This document shows positions 1 to 11,200 of a stretch of 64,000 nt of DNA, one piece after another (position 1 is the first letter of the stretch; each line of letters opens with the position of its first letter). The DNA lies in assembly GCF_963921235.1 (NCBI RefSeq), contig NC_086107.1, forward strand, positions 115,942,001-116,006,000. Reading direction: 5' to 3'. A program made the translations under genes and the position numbers. Source of the stretch: Mobula hypostoma (lineage: Eukaryota). Under the pieces are notes generated by a model, which worked only from the letters and a program-made list of their open reading frames with translations, did not search any database and had not been told where the DNA came from.

Positions 1-1665
1 GAGGGTGCGGGGAAAGGGACGGGGAGGGTGCGGGGAAAGGGACGGGGAGGGTGCGGGGAAAGGGACGGGGAGGGGTTGGGGGAAAGGGACGGGGAGGGTG
101 CGGGGAAAGGGACGGGGAGGGTGCGGGGAAAGGGACGGGGAGGGTGCGGGGAAAGGGACGGGGAGGGTGCGGGGAAAGGGACGGGGAGGGTGCGGGGAAA
201 GGGACGGGGAGGGTGCGGGGAAAGGGACGGGGAGGGTGCGGGGAAAGGGACGGGGAGGGTGCGGGGAAAGGGACGGGGAGGGTGCGGGGAAAGGGACGGG
301 GAGGGTGCGGGGGTTAGGGACGGGGAGGGGGAGGGGGGGGAGGGGGAGGGGGAAGAGGGGGAGGGGTTGGGGGAAGGGACGGGGAAGGGACGGGGAGGGT
401 GCGGGGGAAGGGACGGGGAGGGTGCGGGGGTTAGGGACGGGGAGGGTGAGGGGGAAGAGGGGGAGGGGTTGGGGGAAGGGACGGGGAGGGTGCGGGGGAA
501 GGGACGGGGAGGGTGCGGGGGAAGGGACGGGGAGGGTGCGGGGAAAGGGACGGGGAGGGTGCGGGGAAAGGGACGGGGAGGGTGCGGGGGTTAGGGACGG
601 GGAGGGGGAGGGGGAAGAGGGGGAGGGGTTGGGGGAAGGGACGGGGAGGGTGCGGGGGAAGGGACGGGGAGGGTGCGGGGGTTAGGGACGGGGAGGGTGA
701 GGGGGAAGAGGGGGAGGGGTTGGGGGAAGGGACGGGGAGGGTGCGGGGGAAGGGACGGGGAGGGTGCGGGGGAAGGGACGGGGAGGGTGCGGGGAAAGGG
801 ACGGGGAGGGTGCGGGGAAAGGGACGGGGAGGGTGCGGGGAAAGGGACGGGGAGGGTGCGGGGTTAGGGACGGGGAGGGTGCGGGGTTAGGGACGGGGAG
901 GGTGCGGGGGTTAGGGACGGGGAGGGTGCGGGGGTTAGGGACGGGGAGGGTGCGGGGGTTAGGGGGTTAGGGACGGGGAGGGTGCGGGGGTTAGGGGGTT
1001 AGGGACGGGGAGGGTGCGGGGGTTAGGGACGGGGAGGGTGCGGGGGTTAGGGACGGGGAGGGTGCGGGGGTTAGGGACGGGGAGGGTGCAGGGAAAGGGA
1101 CGGGGAGGGTGCGGGGTTAGGGACGGGGAGGGTGCGGGGGTTAGGGACGGGGAGGGTGCGGGGGTTAGGGACGGGGAGGGTGCGGGGGTTAGGGGGTTAG
1201 GGACGGGGAGGGTGCGGGGGTTAGGGGGTTAGGGACGGGGAGGGTGCGGGGGTTAGGGACGGGGAGGGTGCGGGGGTTAGGGACGGGGAGGGTGCAGGGA
1301 AAGGGACGGGGAGGGTGCGGGGGAAAGGGACGGGGAGGGTGCGGGGGTTAGGCACGGGGAGGGTGCGGGGGTTAGGGACGGGAAGGGTGCGGGGGTTAGG
1401 GACGGGGAGGGTGCGGGGGTTAGGGACGGGGAGGGTGCGGGGGTTAGGGACGGGGAGGGTGCGGGGAAAGGGACGGGGAGGGTGCGGGGAAAGGGACGGG
1501 GAGGGTGCGGGGAAAGGGACGGGGAGGGTGCGGGGGTTAGGGACGGGGAGGGTGCGGGGGTTAGGGACGGGGAGGGTGCGGGGGTTAGAGACGAGGAGGG
1601 TGAGGGGGTTAGAGACGAGGAGGGTGAGGGGGTTAGAGACGAGGAGGGTGAGGGGGTTAGGGACA
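1..1665 (+). repeat. G-rich minisatellite, 23-24 bp (GAGGGTGCGGGGAAAGGGACGGG / ...GGGGGTTAGGGACGGG)
   Basis: Tandem units visible; lies in the last eif3c intron. Confidence 0.95.
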
Positions 1666-2103
1666 GGGAGGAGGTGGGGGAAGGGATGAGGAGGGGTGGG
1701 GGAAGGGACGGGGAGGAGGGTGTGGTGAGAGGGAATGAGGAAGGGATTTAGGGGGAGGGGAGAGAGTCAGCATCATTGACCACCAACCTCCCCATCTCTT
1801 CACATACTCCCTCCTCCACTGGCACCCCGTTGGATGCCAAACCCTCTGTAGTGAACCACCCTCGACTGGTCCGCTCCATAGGAACACCCCCCACCCCCCA
1901 GGAATGTCTCCTGATCAGGAATCCTGCCCTGGAACCCACCCCAAATGAGGCATCCCCCCCCAACCATCACCAAATGAGGAATTTCCCCCCAGACACCCTG
2001 GATGAGGAATTTCATGTTTAAGACATCCCACCTGGGAACAATCTGGACCGAGACATCCCACTCTGGGACGCCTCGACCCCACCCCAGACCCTTCTCCACT
2101 TAC

Positions 2104-2269
2104 CGCGGCTGAAGTAACCCCCGTAGGAGCCCTGCTTGAGGTCGAAAACCCTCTCATTGTTCTCCACAAGGTTGCCCAGTTTTTCAGCTAGCTGGAGGGC
2201 CAGGTTCTGCAGGGAAGTGGGTTCTGTCCGATGCATCACAACCGTCTGTGTCGGCTGGTCCAGAGAGGC
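2104..2269 (-). CDS. eif3c: eif3c coding exon 19
   Basis: [18 protein letters not shown]...[11 protein letters not shown]; donor GTAAGT, so another exon follows outside the window. Confidence 0.97.
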
Positions 2270-5200
2270 CTGGGGAAGGGGGGGGGGTCAGTATGAGGTA
2301 CAACCCCCAGCCACCCACCCACCTCTCTGCCCAGCGCTCCCCCCATGGTGCTCTACCTCAGCCACCCTGGGGTGTAGACAGTGTGAAGTACACTCTGCCA
2401 CACTTCCTCACCAACCTTCTGCTGTTGGGAGGGAAGGGGTTGCCAGTCTGAGGTATCACCAACACACCAACCCTCTGCCCCTCCTCTCCACCTCTCAGCT
2501 GTGTGCAGGAAGGTAGTGGAGGGGATTTACTCCAAAATACAGACCCCAGCCCTCATTGGTAGTCCCTCCCCGACCCCCTACACCTGCTTTCTCAGCCTCC
2601 CTCCATCCCTCTAACTACCCACCCCTCTTTCCTTAATCCCCCCACCCCTTCACCCTCCCTAATCTCCTCCACCCCTCCATCTCTCCTCAACCCCACCCCT
2701 CCACCCTCCCTCTCCTTAATTCCCTCCACCCCTCCTTCACCCTCCCTCTCCCCTCAAACCCCCACCCCTCCCTCTCTCAACACCCATCCCTCCTTCACCC
2801 TCCCTCTCCTCAATCCCCCACCCCTCCTTCACCCTCCCTTTCTCCTCAAACCCCCCACCCCTCCCTCTCTCAACCCTCTCCCTCACCATCAGCTCCTCGT
2901 TGATGATCATCTTGCTGATGATGCTGTGCACATTCTGAATCTCCAGCTGGAACATGTTGGCTAAAGTCTCCATACTGGGAGGGAGGAGGAGAATGGGGAG
3001 GAAGAACATGGGGTGGGGGAGAGTGTGGGGCAAGGAAGCATCAGGGGAGGGCACAGGAGCGGGGGGGGTAGGGAAAGTAAGTTGCATCATCACATTAAAA
3101 ACTCATTTATCACAACCCTATGGAAATACGTCAGCTATCTGGTCAGGTCATACTGCACAGGGCACATCCAATATAATCAAAGATCCAACCTACCCCAGAC
3201 ATTCTCTCTTCTCCCCTCTCCCATCAGGCAGGAGATACAGAAAGCTGAAAGCATGAACCTCCAGGCTCAAGGACAGCTTCTAGACCACTGTTATTAGACC
3301 ATTACAATAGGATGGACTCTTGGCCTCGCAGTCTACCTCATCGCGGCTCTTGTACGATCAGATAGATTCTTGGCCTCATGATCTACCTCATCACGGCTCT
3401 TGTACGATCAGGTAAATTCTTGGCCTCATGATCTACCTCATTGTGGCCTTGCACCTCACCGTCTGCCTGCACGGCAACTTTATTCTGCATTGTTATTGTT
3501 TTCCCTTGTTCTCCCTCAGTACAGTGCAATGATCTGATCTGTTTGAACAGTATGTAACAAGCTTTTCACTGTATCTCAGTACCTGTGACAACAATTAGCC
3601 AATTGCAACACTGTCTAACTTAGTCTCTGACTACTGCCGCGACATCGCCCTCAGCCAAACGTACGACCGCCCTCCTCTCTCTTTCCTGCGTCTCTATCCC
3701 AGCTGAACCACCCGTAGCCCGGACCATTGATCTGCCAGTCCAGTCCCTCCCTCAGCCACGGTTCCAGCAAGCCCCAAATATCCCAGTCCCGTGTAGCTGT
3801 CCTCACCCAGAAGATACAAACGCCTGAAAGCCTAAACCAGCAGGCTTCAGGACAGCTTCTGCCCTGCTGTTACCAGACTACTGAATGGTCCTCTGGTACG
3901 CTAAGAGGACGTCACACCTATCCTGATATGACCATGCCTGAAGTGCACTTTCTCGGTGGCTGTCATACTTTATTTTGTATTCTGTTATTGTCTGACCACT
4001 TCTTGAATCAACCGGCAAAGCCTCAGTACAGTAACACCGTGACTTCTCTGTTCTGTTCTGTACTGCCCTTGGAAATACAGACAATCTCCAGTCTGGGACC
4101 ACAGTTTGAATGCAGAAACGTACCAAGCTGCAGAGAGCAGTGGTGATAGACACATCCCTCCCCACTACCATTCGTATCTGTGTAATGACCGGATCCGTAT
4201 GAACAAGTTTCTCACCAAATCTCTGTATGATAAGCCAACCACAATAATTGTGTTCTTCCTTGTAAAGAATTGTCACGTTGATGTATTTGCTGTGAGTGCT
4301 GTGTATCTGATGCTGAGAGTCTGAGATGTTGCTGCAGATACGTTTTTCACTGTACCTCCCACACGGACCACCCCACAGTTCCAGAGTTCTCACCTGATGC
4401 AGTCATAAACACTGCTGTACGTGAAGAGGTAAGTACGGAGCGACTCCTCCTGAATCTTCCTGTGGCAGAAAACAGACAGACACAGTCTCATCAGGTCCCA
4501 GGACAGAGACAGGCAGGGGTCTAATCCCATTCTCACAGTCCCACCAGGTCCCGGGACAGAGACAGGCAGGGGTCTAATCCCATTCTCAGAGTCCCACCAG
4601 GTCCCGGGACAGAGACAGGCAGGGGTCTAATCCCATTCTCAGAGTCCCACCAGGTCCCGGGACAGAGACAGGCAGGGGTCTAATCCCATTCTCAGAGTCC
4701 CACCAGGTCCCGGGACAGAGACAGGCAGACCCCCAGACGGGGCGGGGGGGGGGGGGGGGAGAGAAAGTGTCAGTGTTGCCTGGGAATCAGGCTCTGTACC
4801 TGACTAGCATTTCCCGGACTTTGTCAGCTGCTGGAAAGAGATCCCAGACTTTGGCGTTCATCTTCTCGTTGATGATAAAGTTCTTGCAGGTTTTCCAGTC
4901 GCCCATCTTCATGGCCTTGGAGGCAGCCACCACGTGTTCTCGCATACTCTCGGGGGGACCTGCAGGGCCACAGCCAGGGTCACTGGGCAGGCAAACGAAT
5001 GGGGGGGGGCGGGTGGAGGAGGGAGGGATCAGTGGGAGGTGTAACAAATGGGTGGAGGAGGGGAGGGAAGAGGGAAGAGGGAAGAGGGAAGAGGGAAGAG
5101 GGAAGAGGGAAGAGGGAGAGGGAGAGGGAGAGGGAGAGGGAGAGGGAGAGGGAGAGGGAGAGGGAGAGGGAGAGGGAGAGGGAGAGGGAGAGGGAGAGGG

Positions 5201-8200
5201 AGAGGGAGAGGGAGAGGGAGAGGGAGAGGGAGAGGGAGAGGGAGAGGGAGAGGGAGAGGGAGAGGGAGAGGGAGAGGGAGAGGGAGAGGGAGAGGGAGAG
5301 GGAGAGGGAGAGGGAGAGGGAGAGGGAGAGGGAGAGGGAGAGGGAGAGGGAGAGGGAGAGGGAGAGGGAGAGGAGGGGAGGGGAGGGGAGGGGAGGAGAG
5401 GGAGAGGGAGAGGGAGAGGGAGAGGGAGAGGGAGAGGGAGAGGGAGAGGGAGAGGGAGAGGGAGAGGGAGAGGGAGAGGGAGAGGGAGAGGGAGAGGGAG
5501 AGGGAGAGGGAGAGGGAGAGGGAGAGGGAGAGGGGGGGAGGGGAGGGGAGGGAGAGGGAGAGGGAGAGGGAGAGGGAGAGGGAGAGGGAGAGGGAGAGGG
5601 AGAGGGAGAGGGAGAGGGAGAGGGAGAGGGAGAGGGAGAGGGAGAGGGAGAGGGAGAGGGAGAGGGAGAGGGAGAGGGAGAGGGAGAGGGAGAGTAGGGG
5701 AGGGAGAGTAGGGGAGGGAGAGTAGGGGAGGGAGAGTAGGGGAGGGAGAGTAGGGGAGGGAGAGTAGGGGAGGGGAGGGAGAGGGAGAGTAGGGGAGGGG
5801 AGGGAGAGGGAGAGGGAGAGGGAGAGTGGGGAGGGGAGGGAGAGGGAGAGTAGGGGAGGGGAGGGAGAGGGAGAGTAGGGGAGGGAGAGGGAGAGTAGGG
5901 GAGGGGAACTGGAACGGAAGGAGGGGTTAGGGAGTAGGGAAGATGACGGGAGAGGGAGAGTAGGGCAGCGAATGGGAACGGAGAGAAGAGGAAGAAGTGG
6001 GGTGGGAGGTGAAGGAGGGATTAACATGGAGGAGCACGGTGTCTGTAGGGTGGGGAGGGGAAGGATGAAGGGATGGAGTGAGTTTCTCGTCCACCCTCAG
6101 CCGGTAGTGGACCGTCTCTGGGTGGAAAGGACAGGGATGGAAGAGGAGGGGGAGGGTAGTTACTCACCCAGGAGGGGCTGCCTCTCGCCCACCCTCAGCT
6201 GGTGGTGGAACTGCTTGCTGATCATGCGGCGGCGGGCATCGAACTCGTGGCCGGCCATGTAGGGGATCTCGAGGAGCATGGCAGACACCAGGTAGACGCA
6301 CTCAAGCAGCTCCAGGTTGATGTGCATGTGGAAGGGGATCTGGCGGCGCTTCTCGATCTTCTCCTGTTCCTGGTTTCGCTCCTGCATGTTGCGCATCAGC
6401 AGGCCCTGGCCCAGCAGCTCCTTGGCCCGGCCACTTGACTGGATGTCCAGCAGCGCGTTGTGAGCATCCTTGATCATCCCCTGGCGGAAGGCACAGATCC
6501 CCAACTGTACCATCGTCCGGTTGTACAGGATCTAGGGCGAGGAGAAACCATCCCATCACACACTCCCGGGGTCAGACACAGAGTGAATCTCCCTCCACAC
6601 TGTCCCATCACACACTCCAGGGGTCAGACACAGAGTGAATCTCCCTCCACACCGTCCCATCACACACTCCAGGGGTCAGACACAGAGTGAATCTCCCTCC
6701 ACACCGTTCCATCACACACTCCCGGGGTCAGACACAGAGTGAATCTCCCTCTACACCGTCCCATCACACACTCCCGGAGTCAGACACAGAGTGAAACTCC
6801 CTCCACACCGTCCCATCACACACTCCCGGGGTCAGACACAGAGTGAAGATCCCTCCACACCGTCCCATCACACACTCCCGGGGTCAGACACAGAGTGAAT
6901 CTCCCTCCACACCGTCCCATCACACACTCCCGGGGTCAGACACAGAGTGAATCTCCCTCCACACCGTCCCATCACACACTCCAGGGGTCAGACACAGAGT
7001 GAATCTCCCTCCACACCGTCCCATCACACACTCCAGGGGTCAGACACAGAGTGAATCTCCCTTCACACTGTCCCATCACACACTCCAGGGGTCAGACACA
7101 GAGTGAATCTCCCTCCACACCGTCCCATCACACACTCCCGGGGTCAGACACAGAGTGAATCTCCCTCCACACCGTCCCATCACACACTCCAGGGGTCAGA
7201 CACTGAGTGAATCTCCCTCCACACCGTCCCATCACACACTCCCGGGGTCAGACACAGAGTGAAGCTCCCTCCACACCGTCCCATCACACAGTCCCGGGGT
7301 CAGACACAGAGTGAAATTCCCTCCACACCGTCCCATCACACACTCCCGGGGTCAGACACAGAGTGAATCTCCCTCCACACCGTCCCATCACACACTCCAG
7401 GGGTCAGACACAGAGTGAATCTCCCTCCACACCGTCCCATCACACACTCCCGGGGTCAGACACAGAGTGAATCTCCCTCCACACCGTCCCATCACACACT
7501 CCCGGGGTCAGACACAGAGTGAATCTCCCTCCACACCGTCCCATCACACACTCCAGGGGTCAGACACTGAGTGAATCTCCCTCCACACCGTCCCATCACA
7601 CACTCCCGGGGTCAGACACAGAGTGAAGCTCCCTCCACACCGTCCCATCACACAGTCCCGGGGTCAGACACAGAGTGAAATTCCCTCCACACCGTCCCAT
7701 CACACACTCCCGGGGTCAGACACAGAGTGAATCTCCCTCCACACCGTCCCATCACACACTCCCGGGGTCAGACACAGAGTGAATCTCCCTCCACACCGTC
7801 CCATCACACACTCCCGGGGTCAGACACAGAGAGAAACTCCCTCCACACCGTCCCATCACACACTCCCGGGGTCAGACACAGAGTGAATCTCCCTCCACAC
7901 CGTCCCATCACACACTCCCGGGGTCAGACACAGAGAGAAGGTCCCTCTACACCGTCCCATCACACACTCCCGGGGTCAGACACAGAGTGAATCTCCCTCT
8001 ACACCATCCCATCACACACTCCCGGGGTCAGACACAGAGAGAAGGTCCCTCTACACCACAGCACAGTGCAGACCCTATTAAATTTCTTCCCTCTCACCTT
8101 AGATCTGTGGCCTCCAGTTCTTGATTCCCCAACCCTGCAGAAAACGACTGACACATTCACTGTCTGTGCCCCTCGTAGTTTTATTCACCTCTGTAAGTTA

Positions 8201-11200
8201 TCTCAATCTCTGAGAAATAAAGTCCCAGCCTGCCCAACCTCTCTCCTTCGAGTGTCGTAAATCGCCTCTGCACTCCTTCCAGCTCAACGACATCTTTTCT
8301 GTAGCAGGGCGACCACAGTGTGCCGAACACTTCTACCCGTGACTCCACTTTCAGGGAACCGCAGACTGGTAACCCCAGGTCCCTCTGGGCTCCTGTCCCA
8401 CCCACGGTGCCCACATGTTCTCAGGTCAGGCAGAGTGACACATCTTTCTCCCACCCCTCCCATGAGGGCGAGACCCAGGTGACTCAATCTCTCCTCACCG
8501 GTTAATCCTGTCAACTTCAAAATCTACCTGGTGAACCTTCTCTGAGGTATGTCCATTGCCGGCAGCTGCCTCCCTCCCCACCGGACTGAGGTGTACCACC
8601 CTTCCTGAGGTCCCAGCAAAATCACAGACCACTTTTATTCTCAGATGCTCAACGGCAGGTCGGTTCTGGTTGCCAGGATGTGGACGTTTCAGAGGGGGTA
8701 CAGAGGAGGATGCTGCCTGGTTTGCAGAGCCTGTCTCATGAGGATAGGGTGGGCAAGCTAGCGGCTTTCTCTCTGGAGCAGAGGAGGATGAGAGGTGATG
8801 TGATAGAGGTGTATAAAGTAAGAGACAGCCCAAGACTTTTCCCCAGTGCAACAATGGCTAATTCCAGAGGACGGACAGACACACACACACACACACAGTG
8901 CCAGAGGCCAGCACAGAGCCCATATTCCTGGAGAGGCAACGGAAGCCACTCACCTGTACCGGGGGGTCGGCGTGCTGGATGTTGTCCTGCAGGTGAGACA
9001 TGAGCATGAGGTCACGGGCCTGGAACCAGCGGTTGTGCAGGGCATGGTGATAGATGTGACACAGGATGGCACAGGTGCGGATACGGTCCGTCCGGTCCTT
9101 TGAGTAGATGAACTTGCAGAGACGGTCCATCAGCACAGCACTGTCCTCCCCTTCGCTCTCCGCCTGGTCCTGCTCTGACTGCAGGAGGGGTAGAGTGTCA
9201 GTGAGTGTCACACTCCTCCTCTCCCTACTCCCCTCACCTCTCTCCCCTTCCTGTTCCACCCTCCACCTCGCTCTCTCTGCCTGGTCCTGCTCTGACTGAG
9301 GGAGGGGAACATGCTCCCCACTCCATTCCCTGTCTCTCTCCCCCCCACCCCCTGTCTCTTTCCCAGCCCCTGCTCTCTATCTAGAGGATGAGAAGGGGAG
9401 AAGGGGGTTCCAGTGAGGGGGCAACCACCCCCCTATCCCCCTCATGGCTTTCCCACTCCTGCTATTCCTCTCATTGCATCCCTCACCCTCTTCTCTGCAC
9501 CCACGCCCCTCCAATTTCCCTCCCTCTCAGACCATCCGCCACCCTCTCTCCCCGCTCACTGCCCCTCTCCCCATCTCCCCCTTTCACTCTCCCACCCTCT
9601 TTCCCTGCCCTCCCATTACCTGTCTCCTCCCGTCATCATCCCCCCCTCCACCCCACTCTCTGTGGGAGTTGCGGTAGAGGTCAAAGTCAAGGTCCATTGG
9701 CAGCGTGTAGTCAACCTAGACAAGCGGAGCCCGCAAACTGAGAGCTTTTCTAGAATGGTCTGTGAAGAACTTTACACAGAGATGTGGAAGATGTGAAAGG
9801 TCATGGACAAATGCTTTACTAACTTCAAAATACCATGGGTGGGTTGTCAACTCGTAGTTTCTATTGATTTTTATCACCCTAATTGTGAATGGTGATTGAT
9901 CAGGCAAGTCAGTAATTGAAACCTATATAGTTTATCAAGTGGTCAATATTGGTAACTTCTCTGTAAAGACGACATTCCTCTGCTCGAGCTGCAGAACAGT
10001 GGTGGGTGACAGACGCATTCTGTTCCCCTCATGCACAAGTAAAATAACGTATGTCTGCAGAATGAGTGTGTGTTAATTGGCAATGACAAACTGTCTCTCT
10101 TTCCTCTCCCAGCCCATCTCCCACTTCTCCCTACCCTCTCGTCCTGCCACTCCTCCCCCCCTCACCTTGGACTGGTCGGAGGGAGCCTGCAGCCTCTGGT
10201 GAGCCTTATAGTCGAACTTGTAGTAGGTGTGCATGATCCGCCGCAGGTAGGCCCGGCAGATCTCGTCAGTGCTGCCCTTCCGCTCCAGGTACTCCTGCAG
10301 ACGCTGCACAATGTGGCAGACCCGCCACTCGTCCTTCAGATTCTCCACGTACTCTGCACCGGGGGGGGGGAGAGCGGGAGGGGGAGGGGGAGAGGGGGGA
10401 GGGGGAGAGCGGGAGGGGAGGGAGAGAGGGGGAGGGGGAGAGAAGGAGGGGAGGGAGAGCGGGAGGGGGAATAGGGAAAAGGTGGGGATGGGAAGAAATT
10501 GGTGGGGAGGGTTACATCCACCCTCACGGTGAGCAACAATGCCCTCCTCACTCCCACTACACCCTTTGTCCTCACACCCTCCACCCCATCCCCTCCTCGT
10601 CCCCAATCGGTCTCCACCTCCACTTCCCCCCCATGCTTCCCCTCCATTTTTCCCCAGGGTGGGGGTGGTAGCAGCTTACCCTGTGAGTGGGGGTCGGTGT
10701 TCTGCATGATTTTGGTAAACTCCTCGTCCATCCGCTCGACCAGTGTCAAGATGCAGCCCCGCACGCGGTACGGCTGTGTGAGAGCAGGAGAGAGTCAGCA
10801 TAGAGAGCGCCAGAGGAGAGAGGAGCGGAAGGAAAAGTGGAGGGAGGGAGGGACAGAGGAAGGAGGTGAGAGAGGGAGGGACAGAGTTATGAGGTGGGGA
10901 GGGAGTAGAAATGGGTGAGGGAGGGATAAGGGAGGGAGGGAGGAGCTGAGGGAGGGAGGGACAGAGGAAGGAGGTGAGGTAGGAAGGGAGGAGGAGGAGG
11001 GGGAGGGAGGAGGTGAGTGAGTGAGTGCGACGAGGAGGTGACAGAGGGTTCGACAATGTTGTTACCAGCTCAGGATTGCTCAGGTTCTCCGATTCCTCCC
11101 CAATGTTCTCCCCGATGAAGATGTTCGGACTCTCGAAGAGGATGTCGAGGAGATTGTCCACACAGCCCAGGCACTTCCTCCACATATCTTGCTGCAGGGG

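Noticed and set aside
300..1600. Interstitial telomere
   Set aside because: TTAGGG occurs singly inside a 24-bp unit, not as (TTAGGG)n.
1690..2100. Terminal eif3c exon
   Set aside because: No acceptor followed by a DQK/GY-rich C-terminal frame was found; the exon must lie left of the window.
6549..8057. 52-bp, 27-bp and 42-bp arrays as CRISPR arrays
   Set aside because: Head-to-tail units without unique spacers, no cas genes, vertebrate intronic context.
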